Of a DNA stretch of 26,052 nucleotides, positions 16,275-26,052 are shown one piece after another. The stretch spans positions 1 to 26,052 of the forward strand of contig JBBIIG010000057.1 in the NCBI GenBank assembly GCA_037446635.1. Direction: 5' to 3'. The DNA comes from a bacterium. GTDB taxonomy: Bacteria > Zhuqueibacterota > Zhuqueibacteria > Oceanimicrobiales > Oceanimicrobiaceae. A program made the translations under genes and the position numbers. The number at the start of each line of letters is the position of its first letter. The stretch's first letter is position 1. The notes below the pieces were generated by a model that was not told the DNA's origin, made no database searches, and saw only the letters and a program-made list of their open reading frames with translations.

Positions 16275-17641
16275 GCAACGGCCAATCCATGCAACTCAAT
16301 CTTCAGCCACAACTCTCTAAAACCGAGTCCATTTTGCTTGCGCTTTGTGTGTTAGTGGAGTTGTTGGCCCTCGCTAACTTATTCTTTCTCCCCAGTTCCC
16401 CTCTGGTGCCGCTGGGTTCCCTTTTGGTTGTTCTGCTCGTTAGCGCGCTTTTAGACAAGCGCGTCATGTTCGTCATCCTTTTGCTGGCGATTTTCGCTTC
16501 AGAATCGCTTTATGTGGAATTGGGAACGGCGGTGGTTCGCCTCATCGATCTGGTCATTATTTTTTTACTTGCCTATTTGGCCTTGCAGTGGCTGGCGGCC
16601 CGTGAAAACACTTTGGAACTATTGCCCATTTTCAAAGTGCCCTTTGCCCTTCTGGTACTTGGTGCATTAATCTCATTTGTTGGAACGCTTTCGGTGGGGA
16701 ACACAATTTTAGAATTGATTCAAATCATCGAGCTCATCATCGCCGCCTTCATCTTTTTTAATCTGATAAAAACCAAGGAAGATATCAACTTCATTTTTAT
16801 CGCCACGCTAATCTATTCGGTGCTCGACTCATTTTGGATTCTAAATAAGTATGTCTCGGGACAATTAATCGGCCGCGCCATAGGACTATTTGGCACCCTG
16901 GGTATGGAGCTTCCGTATGGCTTAGCCCTCTCAGCGAGTTACTTTTATTTGACAAAGAAAAGCCATTTGAAAATCATTTTACTCCTGTGTGGAATGGTAC
17001 AAATAATGGCTATTTTTCTGACCAGAGGCCGGGGTCAATTAATTATTGCCTTTCTCATGGTCACGATTTGTAGCCTCCTCCTCGCTTTGAATCGCAAAAA
17101 CCTCGTACCTTTTTTAATGATGTCTGGATTCCTAATTTTGGCATCCGCTATCTCATATCGTGGCCTTCCCTCCGCATTTCAAGAAAGAATTTCTTCGATA
17201 GTCGAGGGTGGGCAGATGAGAGACATTCGTCTTATTATTTGGGCGATAGCGCTGAAAGTGTGGCGTGATTATCCAGTTTTTGGGGTGGGTTTCGGCAATG
17301 GCGGGGTAGCCCTAAATATTTATGCTCCAAAACCGTATGGAATAACTTTAACTGCTCTATTCAATGTTGAAGGCCCCCATAGTGAGTATCTCAGTTATGC
17401 GGTGCAAGGCGGCCTAATCGGCTTTACCATTGGAATCCTTTTCTATCTTTTCCTTTTGGCAAAAGCTTTGCAAAACTATTTTAGAAAAAGATCGAGCGAA
17501 TACTCAATTATTTTGCTTTCGTTTGTTATCGGGATTTTGGTTTTCAATTTCGCTAATGATACTTTGCTGGCCGGTAACGGCATGTTTATTATTTTGGTGA
17601 TGGCGATGATATCGAGAATCTACGTTATGACCAAAAACTGA
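16271..17641 (+). CDS. O-antigen ligase/polymerase family membrane protein (Wzy_C)
   Basis: Many TM segments, LTRGRG, R..IW..AL......P.FGVGFG and PHSEYL...GLIG. Confidence 0.87.
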   Translation: MSNGQSMQLNLQPQLSKTESILLALCVLVELLALANLFFLPSSPLVPLGSLLVVLLVSALLDKRVMFVILLLAIFASESLYVELGTAVVRLIDLVIIFLLAYLALQWLAARENTLELLPIFKVPFALLVLGALISFVGTLSVGNTILELIQIIELIIAAFIFFNLIKTKEDINFIFIATLIYSVLDSFWILNKYVSGQLIGRAIGLFGTLGMELPYGLALSASYFYLTKKSHLKIILLLCGMVQIMAIFLTRGRGQLIIAFLMVTICSLLLALNRKNLVPFLMMSGFLILASAISYRGLPSAFQERISSIVEGGQMRDIRLIIWAIALKVWRDYPVFGVGFGNGGVALNIYAPKPYGITLTALFNVEGPHSEYLSYAVQGGLIGFTIGILFYLFLLAKALQNYFRKRSSEYSIILLSFVIGILVFNFANDTLLAGNGMFIILVMAMISRIYVMTKN

Positions 17642-17652
17642 AAGCGACACAA

Positions 17653-18600
17653 ATGGATATTTCGATCATCATCATCAACACCAACGAGAAGCACTTTTTG
17701 GAACCGCTGCTGAATTCTATAAAAGAAAATGTCCAACGGGTTGCGTACGAAGTCATCGTTGTGGATAACAATTCAACCGATGGCAGCCGCGAAATGCTCA
17801 AAGATCGCTTTCGGGATGTGAAGTCAGTCGAGATGGATCACAACGCCGGGTTCAGCAAAGCCAATAATCGCGGGGCGCAGGTTGCGAAGGGAAAGTACCT
17901 GCTCATCCTCAATCCCGATGCCATCGTTTGCGAGAATGCCCTGGAGAAAATGTACGATTTTTTGGAGAAAGAAAGGTCTGTCGCAGTGGTTGGGTGTAAA
18001 CTTTTGAACCCGGATGGCACGTTGCAGCGTTCGTGTGGAATCTTCCCCAACTTGCAAACTGAGTTCTTTATTCGTACTTTTTTCAACCGGCTTTTTCCGA
18101 AAAGTAAACTGGCCGGCGCTTATCAATTAGGCTCCTGGGATTATTCAACGGTGGCTGAAGTGGACTGGGTGACCGGCGCCTGCCTGATGATCCGCAAGGA
18201 ACTGTTTGACCAGTTGGGCGGCTTTGATGAACAAATGTACATGTACTACGAAGACGTGGACTTGTGTTACCGTGTTTGGAGGTCGGGCGGGAAAATCTAT
18301 TTCCTGCCTGATGCCGCAGTCTATCACTATCTTGGCGGCAGTTGGAGAAAAAACCGCCAAATCCCGATCTTTAACGGCTGCAAAAGCTCGTTATACTTTT
18401 TTCGAAAACATTATCAGAGTTGGAAAGCGCCTGTATTAAAATTGCTAATGATGCTGGAAATATTAGTTTTTTATATTTTATTTTTACCTTTTTCAATACT
18501 AAGTAGAGAAAACATAGCAGTTGTAAAATCGCGCCTTAAAGGATATAACTCTTCACTCAAATATTTGATCAAGGATTCCATTCCAGGAAACCTTACCTAA
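17653..18600 (+). CDS. Glycosyltransferase family 2 (WbbL-like, putative rhamnosyltransferase)
   Basis: VVDNNSTDGS, NAGFSKANN, LNPD, VDWVTGACLMIR, FDEQMYMYYEDVDLC. Confidence 0.92.
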   Translation: MDISIIIINTNEKHFLEPLLNSIKENVQRVAYEVIVVDNNSTDGSREMLKDRFRDVKSVEMDHNAGFSKANNRGAQVAKGKYLLILNPDAIVCENALEKMYDFLEKERSVAVVGCKLLNPDGTLQRSCGIFPNLQTEFFIRTFFNRLFPKSKLAGAYQLGSWDYSTVAEVDWVTGACLMIRKELFDQLGGFDEQMYMYYEDVDLCYRVWRSGGKIYFLPDAAVYHYLGGSWRKNRQIPIFNGCKSSLYFFRKHYQSWKAPVLKLLMMLEILVFYILFLPFSILSRENIAVVKSRLKGYNSSLKYLIKDSIPGNLT

Positions 18601-18617
18601 TTACTTACCTAATTAAA

Positions 18618-19751
18618 ATGCACATCTTAATTGACGCCCACCTGGCGGTAAAGGAAATCGATGGGGTGACAAGATATCTCATCGGGTTGCTCACGGAGCT
18701 GCCTTCAATAGATCGCTCCATTATATACACGGCTCTCTCGCTGCCCGATGAAAAGTCTGGTCTGCCAAAGTCAATTTTCGCACAACCCAATGTCCGGCAA
18801 ATGGTAGTTCATCTCTGGGGGCCAACCCCTAAGCAGCATTTCATGTTGCCTCGCTTAGTGAGAGAGCTCAAAGCGGATTTGTACCATCACCCGCAATTCG
18901 ATCTACCCCGGGGAATGCGCGTGCCCACGGTGGCGACGGTTCATGATTTGACCTACGTATTTCACCCGGAGTTTTTCGCCACAGGAAACCAGCTAAAACG
19001 CTTCTACATAAAACAGTCGCTCAAGTACACCGTTCGCCAGGCAGATAGGATTATCGCGGTTTCGGAAAACACGGCAAAGGATTTAAAGCAGCTCTACGGC
19101 TTCGATCACAACCGCCTTCGTGTGATTCACAACGGCGTCACCCTCCCCGATTCAAATCAAAATAAAAACGGTTACCGGCCAACCAGTTTTTCCGGCGATT
19201 ACATTCTATTCGTGGGCACGCGCCGCCCGCACAAAAACATCTGCGGGTTAATCGAAGCGCTTGCTATTTTACGGCGAAAGAAGAACTGTAATCTAAGCCT
19301 GATGGTAGCCGGAAAACCCTACGGCAATTTCAAAGAGCCAGAAGCATTAGCGGAAAAGTTGGGGCTGAAACCGTATGTCCATTTTCTTGACTTCGTGCCG
19401 GATGATCAACTTCCGGCACTCTATCACCGCGCAAAAGCGGTGGTGCTGCCGTCGTTCTATGAAGGATTTGGCTTTCCGGTTTTGGAGGCCATGGCGTACG
19501 GCAAACCCGTCATCGCTTCCAGTGTGTCATCCTTGCCGGAAGTGGTAGGCGATAGCGGCCTATTGGTGGACCCGCATAATGCGGAAGACATCGCAAAAAA
19601 AATTGAGAAAGTGGTTACGAATAACGGTTTGGCCGAACAGCTATCTCAAAAAGCCAGACGGCGTGCCGAGCTTTTTTCATGGCAAAAAATGGCCGAGTCA
19701 ACGTTGCAAGTATATTTAGAAGCCATAAAAAATGCATCGGAAAAAAATTAG
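18618..19751 (+). CDS. Glycosyltransferase family 4
   Basis: [37 protein letters not shown]. Confidence 0.93.
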   Translation: MHILIDAHLAVKEIDGVTRYLIGLLTELPSIDRSIIYTALSLPDEKSGLPKSIFAQPNVRQMVVHLWGPTPKQHFMLPRLVRELKADLYHHPQFDLPRGMRVPTVATVHDLTYVFHPEFFATGNQLKRFYIKQSLKYTVRQADRIIAVSENTAKDLKQLYGFDHNRLRVIHNGVTLPDSNQNKNGYRPTSFSGDYILFVGTRRPHKNICGLIEALAILRRKKNCNLSLMVAGKPYGNFKEPEALAEKLGLKPYVHFLDFVPDDQLPALYHRAKAVVLPSFYEGFGFPVLEAMAYGKPVIASSVSSLPEVVGDSGLLVDPHNAEDIAKKIEKVVTNNGLAEQLSQKARRRAELFSWQKMAESTLQVYLEAIKNASEKN

Positions 19752-20931
19752 AGTGTTGCATATCATCACTAATCTGGCGGTCGGCGGCGCGCAGGACAAC
19801 ATGCTGGCGACCGTCGAACGATTGGATCGCCAAAAATATGACGTCAGCTTGATCACGTCGTCGGAGGGAGAATGGCTGCCGAGAGTAAAACGCATCCCAA
19901 ACCTGAATCTGATATTCGTGGATTCCTTTAGAAGAAACATCAGCCCGATATTGGATTTAATCACCCTGTACCGGCTCTATTCCAAAATCAAAGCCGGCGA
20001 CTTTGCCATCGTGCAAACTCATACCTCGAAGGCCGGCGTTTTGGGCCGCCTTGCTGCCTGGTTCGCGGGGGTACCCATCATCATTCACACCCATCACGGG
20101 CTGAATTTTCACGATTATCTCAACCCGGTGCTGCGATTTATTTTCCTGCAACTGGAGCGCTTCCTGTCGAATTATTCCGACAAATTGATCATGGTATCGA
20201 AGTTGAATTTAGAAAAGGCGATGGCGGTCAAGCTCGCCGGCCGCGATAAGTTCGCCACCATTTACAATGGCATTGATTTCAAAAATCTTGATGTGCGGAT
20301 CAATATCCCGGAAAAACGAAAAGCCATCGGCGTAACAGGTAACGAAAAGATCGTCGGCACCGTGGGGCGATTGTGTCCCCAAAAAGCACCGCAGGATTTG
20401 CTGCGCGCGATTCCCAAAATTTTGAGCGTCCGAAAGGACGTGGTCTTTCTTTTTATTGGAGACGGGGAATTGATTCCAAACATGAGGGCTTTGTCAAAAA
20501 AATTAAGTATCGAGTCGCACGTGAAATTTCTCGGCAATCGCAACGATGTTCCGGAGTTGCTGCAGATTTTGGATGCCTTTGTTCTGACGTCGCTTTGGGA
20601 AGGCATGCCGCGTTCCCTCACTGAGGCCATGTACTGCGGCCGGCCGGTGGTGGCTACGGCGGTCGATGGCACGCCGGAGCTGGTGCAGCACAACGAGACC
20701 GGAATTCTAGTTCCGCCGCGAAACATTGACGCCATCGCCGATGCGATTTTAACTTTGCTGAATGATGAAGCCAAAGCCAAACAAATGGGCGCCGCAGCCA
20801 AACGACGCGTGAGCGAACAATTTTCAATTGAAAAAATGATGACTGAAATTGAACGACTCTACGATGATCTCCTCAAACAAAAGGGGGTCATTCAGCCAAA
20901 ATTCTCTCACGAGTATGCCCAAAACCCTTGA
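19732..20931 (+). CDS. Glycosyltransferase family 4
   Basis: GGAQ, THTSKAGVLGRLAA, VGRLCPQK, SLWEGMPRSLTEAM. Confidence 0.93.
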   Translation: MHRKKIRVLHIITNLAVGGAQDNMLATVERLDRQKYDVSLITSSEGEWLPRVKRIPNLNLIFVDSFRRNISPILDLITLYRLYSKIKAGDFAIVQTHTSKAGVLGRLAAWFAGVPIIIHTHHGLNFHDYLNPVLRFIFLQLERFLSNYSDKLIMVSKLNLEKAMAVKLAGRDKFATIYNGIDFKNLDVRINIPEKRKAIGVTGNEKIVGTVGRLCPQKAPQDLLRAIPKILSVRKDVVFLFIGDGELIPNMRALSKKLSIESHVKFLGNRNDVPELLQILDAFVLTSLWEGMPRSLTEAMYCGRPVVATAVDGTPELVQHNETGILVPPRNIDAIADAILTLLNDEAKAKQMGAAAKRRVSEQFSIEKMMTEIERLYDDLLKQKGVIQPKFSHEYAQNP

Positions 20932-22312
20932 AAAAATTCTACTCCTGCTCACCGACTTCCTCTCCATCAGCTGCGCGTTTTTGCTTTGGGCCTGGCTGCG
21001 CAAGCAAATGGGGCTATACAGCGAAACCAACATTCAAATTCTGCTTCTGATTTCCCTCATTGTATTCGCCCTGTGGTTTTTCATCTTCATGTTTTTCGGA
21101 CTCTATCGCTCCTGGTACGCGCAATCCCGCTTCGATGAAGTGGTCACCATTTTCAAAACCATTTCGTTTGGGGTGCTGGTCATCTTCCTCATCACCATTG
21201 ATTTTGAAAAGGATCTGTCGCGGCCGCCGACCCTCGGACGCATGTTTATTATCAATTACTGGCTGGTTCTGCTGGTGTGCGTCATCTCTTTCCGAATGTT
21301 TTTCCGTACCATTCAGCGCGCGCTGATTATTGCTGGCATCGGCAATCGCCGCACCTTAATCGTCGGCACCGGCAAACACAGCAGCGATCTGGCTGGGGAA
21401 ATTGCAAGATTCCCGGCGCTGGGTTACAAAGTGGTGGGGTACGTCAGCGAAAAAGAATCGCAGCTTCCGCAAACGGCGACGCTGCCGCGATTGGGGGAAA
21501 TCGAGCAGATTAATCAAGTCATCGCGCAGGAAAAAATCGAAGAAATTATTTTTGCGTTAAAGGGGAAATCCCGCCAAAAAGTGATGGAGGTGGTGGGCGC
21601 CTGTGATGGTCTGCCGGTGAACTTTAAAATCGTGCCGGACTTGTACGACATCGTTATCGGCCAGGCGCGCACCAATCAGCTTTACGGTTTTCCGCTCATC
21701 GACATCCTGCCGCACTTCATGCCGGAGTGGGAACGCAAAGTCAAGCGGTTGATGGACGTGACCATCTCGTTCTTCATCCTGGCCGCGTTCTCGCCGGTTT
21801 GGCTGCTGGTGGCGCTGGCCATTAAAATAGATTCGCGCGGTCCGGTTTTATACAAACAGCAGCGGGTGGGAAAAGACGGCAAGGAATTTACCATTTATAA
21901 ATTCCGCTCGATGGTGCAAGACGCCGAGTCCCGCAGCGGGCCCAAGTGGGCGGAAAAGGAGGACCCGAGAATCACTCGCATTGGGAAATTGATTCGGCGG
22001 GCGCGCATCGACGAAGCGCCGCAATTTTTTAACGTGCTCATCGGCGACATGAGCCTGGTTGGCCCGCGCCCGGAGCGGCCATTTTTCGTCGAGCAGCTCA
22101 AAAAACAAATTCCATTCTATTCGCGCCGACTCAAAGTCAAACCCGGCATCACCGGCTGGGCGCAAATTAAAGGCGGTTACGACACGTCGATTGAAAACGT
22201 CAAGCAGAAGCTGCAGTACGATCTCTTTTACCTCGAAAACATGTCCCTGCGCATGGATTTGAAAATTCTCATCAACACCATTTATGTGATGCTGCTGGGG
22301 AAAGGACAATAA
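20915..22312 (+). CDS. Undecaprenyl-phosphate sugar phosphotransferase (WcaJ/WbaP-type initiating enzyme)
   Basis: Four N-terminal TMs, then KRLMD, YKFRSM, DPRITRIG, IDEAPQ, GDMSLVGPRPE and KPGITGWAQ. Start set at ATG 20915. Confidence 0.93.
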   Translation: MPKTLEKILLLLTDFLSISCAFLLWAWLRKQMGLYSETNIQILLLISLIVFALWFFIFMFFGLYRSWYAQSRFDEVVTIFKTISFGVLVIFLITIDFEKDLSRPPTLGRMFIINYWLVLLVCVISFRMFFRTIQRALIIAGIGNRRTLIVGTGKHSSDLAGEIARFPALGYKVVGYVSEKESQLPQTATLPRLGEIEQINQVIAQEKIEEIIFALKGKSRQKVMEVVGACDGLPVNFKIVPDLYDIVIGQARTNQLYGFPLIDILPHFMPEWERKVKRLMDVTISFFILAAFSPVWLLVALAIKIDSRGPVLYKQQRVGKDGKEFTIYKFRSMVQDAESRSGPKWAEKEDPRITRIGKLIRRARIDEAPQFFNVLIGDMSLVGPRPERPFFVEQLKKQIPFYSRRLKVKPGITGWAQIKGGYDTSIENVKQKLQYDLFYLENMSLRMDLKILINTIYVMLLGKGQ

Positions 22313-22386
22313 AATTTCTAAATGCGAAACACGAATTTCGAAATCCGAACAAATTCAAATCTCAAAACGGTCAAATGCTTCAAAAC
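22313..22386. repeat. Degenerate ~7-bp periodic array ((C/T)(G/C)AAAT-like units)
   Basis: TCTAAAT GCGAAAC ACGAATT TCGAAAT CCGAAC AAAT TCAAAT... directly after the operon's last stop codon. Confidence 0.5.
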
Positions 22387-22395
22387 AAGGTCACC

Positions 22396-22486
22396 CAAAC
22401 TGTCATTCAGTAGGAACCTTTTTGAGAGGTGAGCAGATCATCAACTAACTAAGTAACTAAGAAGATTCCTCCTGAATGACAGTTTG
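22396..22486. repeat. 91-bp MITE-like/palindromic element with 25-bp terminal inverted repeats
   Basis: CAAACTGTCATTCAG (22396-22410) and CTGAATGACAGTTTG (22472-22486) are perfect complements and extend 10 bp inward with 2 mismatches. Confidence 0.75.
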
Positions 22487-22549
22487 CCCCAAGTTTTTCG
22501 TTGTAATTCTCGTTCTCCTTTCGTTAATTTACCAGAAAATTTTCAATGA

Positions 22550-23827
<1,278 letters not shown>

Positions 23828-23850
23828 TATCTTTGAGGAATTCTCCAAAA

Positions 23851-24474
23851 ATGAAAAACGTCCACCTCGTCTCACATCCGCTCATCAGCCACTCGCTTAC
23901 CATTCTGCGCGATAAAAACACGGGCACCGACGCCTTCCGCCGCCACACCGCAATCGTTTCGCAAATCATGATCATGGAAGCCACCAAAGGATTGCCGCTG
24001 CAGAAAAAGCAGATCGAAACACCCCTGGCGGCCGCAACTGGCTTTGAAATCGAGCAAACCATCGTGTTTGCGCCGGTGCTGCGGGCGGGCATATCAATGC
24101 TGTTTTCGGTGAAGGATTTTTTGCCCTTTGCGCCGGTGGGTTTCATTGGATTGGAGCGGGATGAGAAAACGGCCATCGCCCGGGAATATTATCAAAAATT
24201 TCCAGCGGATGTCACCGATAAACTCATCCTGGTACTCGACCCAATGTTAGCCACCGGCGGTTCGCTGAGCGACACCATTTCGGCTCTAAAGAAAAAGGGC
24301 GCGGAGAAGATCACCGCGGTTTGTATCGTGGCCGCGCCGGAGGGCATCGCCCTCTTGCAGCAGAAACATCCGCAAGTGGAGATTTACACCGCCGCCATCG
24401 ACGATCATCTGAACGACAAAAAATTCATCGTGCCGGGACTGGGCGATTTTGGCGATCGCTATTTTGGAACCTGA
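23851..24474 (+). CDS. upp: Uracil phosphoribosyltransferase
   Basis: HPLISHSLTILRDKNT, PVLRAG, LDPMLATGGS, IVPGLGDFGDRYFGT. Start set at ATG 23851. Confidence 0.97.
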   Translation: MKNVHLVSHPLISHSLTILRDKNTGTDAFRRHTAIVSQIMIMEATKGLPLQKKQIETPLAAATGFEIEQTIVFAPVLRAGISMLFSVKDFLPFAPVGFIGLERDEKTAIAREYYQKFPADVTDKLILVLDPMLATGGSLSDTISALKKKGAEKITAVCIVAAPEGIALLQQKHPQVEIYTAAIDDHLNDKKFIVPGLGDFGDRYFGT

Positions 24475-24573
24475 TAAATAAAACACCGAAATACACTGAA
24501 GGCACTGAATCAAAATAATCAAAGGCCTCGAAATTCAATTTCCGAAGCCAGATTTAATTTAGGAGGAAAGTAA

Positions 24574-25413
24574 ATGGGCAAGTTTTCAAACACCTGGTCT
24601 TTGATGGGGGCTTCCTGGGAAGTTCTGAAAAAAGACAAAGAGTTGTTGGTCTTCCCGCTCATTTCCGGCATTTGCAGTTTGCTGGTTTTGGCCTCTTTTG
24701 CTGCGCCCATTTTTATAAGCGGCGAGTGGCAGCCGCCGGCGGAATCGGCGCCGCTGAGCGAAAAAGTGAATTACTATTCACTGCTGTTCCTGTTTTATTT
24801 CTGTATGTATTTTGTCGCCATCTTCTTTAACTCCGCCGTCGTCGCGTGCGCCGCCATTCGTCTGAAAGGCGGCGACCCAACGGTGAAAGATGGGCTGCGC
24901 GCCGCCAGCGCCCGCCTGCCTCTGATCATGGGCTGGACTTTGGTGGCGGCGACCGTCGGATTCATTTTCCGAATTATTGAAGATCGCTTTGAGAAGGTGG
25001 GGCAAATTATTGTTGGCCTTCTTGGCATGGCCTGGTCGGTGACCAGCTTTCTGGTTATCCCGCTGCTGGTGGTGGAACAGATTGGCCCCATTGCCGCTTT
25101 GAAAGAATCCACCCGCTTGTTGAAAAAAACCTGGGGAGAACAATTGATCGGCAACTTCAGTTTTGGGTTGGTTTTCTTTGTACTCACGATTCCGGCGTTT
25201 CTGCTGGTGGCGGTGGTGGCGATATTAACCGCCTCCAAGTTTGCGATTTTCGTCGTCGCTGGACTGATGGCGATCTATTTTATCGGTCTGGCGTTGGTGC
25301 AATCGGCGCTGCAAGCCATTTTCCAGACCGCTATTTTTCTATATGCCCGCGACAACCAGGTTCCCCACGGCTTTGAGGTCGAAATGCTGCGGGAGGCCAT
25401 GCGTCAGAAATGA
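24574..25413 (+). CDS. Conserved hypothetical membrane protein (probably DUF6159-like)
   Basis: RBS AGGAGG, about six TM segments, motifs SWEVLKKDKELLVFP and ESTRLLKKTWGE. The family name is recalled, not searched. Confidence 0.8.
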   Translation: MGKFSNTWSLMGASWEVLKKDKELLVFPLISGICSLLVLASFAAPIFISGEWQPPAESAPLSEKVNYYSLLFLFYFCMYFVAIFFNSAVVACAAIRLKGGDPTVKDGLRAASARLPLIMGWTLVAATVGFIFRIIEDRFEKVGQIIVGLLGMAWSVTSFLVIPLLVVEQIGPIAALKESTRLLKKTWGEQLIGNFSFGLVFFVLTIPAFLLVAVVAILTASKFAIFVVAGLMAIYFIGLALVQSALQAIFQTAIFLYARDNQVPHGFEVEMLREAMRQK

Positions 25414-25700
25414 CGTTCGACGATTTCAAAAAATCTCTCGCCGCTCCAACCCCGCCGGCCGATTTGGATGACCTGCTGCTGGCGCTTTGGCGCGACGGCC
25501 GCCAGGAGTGGGATCGCGCCCACCAGATCGTGCAAAACCTCGAGGGCGCGGACGCCGCCTGGATTCACGCCTACCTCCACCGCAAAGAGGGCGACCTCGG
25601 CAACGCGCGCTACTGGTACGCCCGCGCCGGCCATCCACCCTGCAACGATTCGCTGCAGCAGGAGTGGGAGCAGATCGTGCACGAGCTGCTGGACAAATAA
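25410..25700 (+). CDS. Small conserved hypothetical protein (96 aa)
   Basis: ATGA overlap with the upstream stop; WDRAHQIVQ and AWIHAYLHRKEGDLGNARYWY motifs. Confidence 0.85.
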   Translation: MTFDDFKKSLAAPTPPADLDDLLLALWRDGRQEWDRAHQIVQNLEGADAAWIHAYLHRKEGDLGNARYWYARAGHPPCNDSLQQEWEQIVHELLDK

Positions 25701-25722
25701 GGCAGCCGCTAGTATAGCCTTT

Positions 25723-25756
25723 CACCGTGGGGTAATTCATGAATTACCCCACGGTG
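25723..25756. repeat. REP-like perfect 34-bp palindrome, copy 2 of the AATTCATGAAT family
   Basis: CACCGTGGGGTAATTCATGAATTACCCCACGGTG. Confidence 0.85.
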
Positions 25757-25871
25757 CTATGGTGCATCGATGCCAGGTGATGCCACTTTTGTTTTCGCTA
25801 TATTAAAACAATTTCTCGCCAGACGGTTTGTTGAAAAAAAGACACCGATTTTGTCAAATTAACTCTAATTT

Positions 25872-26052
25872 ATGAACACGAGTCAAAATATTAACGATTC
25901 GATTCTCACTGCACTACTCGGCCATCGCGAGAAGCTGTTGGCTTTTGTGCGCAGAAAAATCTCTTCCCCGGAATTGGCGGAAGATATTTTGCAGGAGAGC
26001 CTGCTCAAGGCTTTGCGCGCCGCGTCGGAGTTGCGGGATGAAGACAAGTTGG
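25872..26052 (+). CDS. ECF sigma-70 factor, N-terminal part (truncated by the window edge)
   Basis: Manual translation MNTSQNINDSILTALLGHREKLLAFVRRKISSPELAEDILQESLLKALRAASELRDEDKL; L.AFVRR.....LAEDILQE is a sigma region-2 signature. Confidence 0.85.
   Translation, partial: MNTSQNINDSILTALLGHREKLLAFVRRKISSPELAEDILQESLLKALRAASELRDEDKL

Overview
Bacterial chromosomal window. PNP-type C-terminal sorting domains and the repeat families suggest an FCB-related lineage such as KSB1/Calditrichota (inference only). The core (5548-22312, + strand) is a 15-gene Wzx/Wzy-type surface polysaccharide locus: rmlB, a UDP-HexNAc dehydrogenase, an SLBB exporter, a GT4, an SDR, rmlD, rmlC, a flippase, a Wzz-like protein, a TylF/NovP-family O-methyltransferase, a Wzy/ligase, a GT2, two more GT4s and an initiating phosphoglycosyltransferase. 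No rmlA is visible. Downstream are serS, upp, two hypothetical genes and the start of an ECF sigma factor. The left 5.5 kb is accessory. It holds a metzincin protease split over three frames (the signal-peptide frame ends in CCC-TGA and the sorting domain is out of frame), a Met-Thr-stop mini-ORF with a 13-nt Shine-Dalgarno beside a long hairpin, a lipoprotein, two gene remnants, a secreted protein with a structured leader, and comF. Intergenic spacers carry several distinct palindromic or periodic repeat families, one nested inside another. No rRNA, tRNA, CRISPR array or transposase was found.
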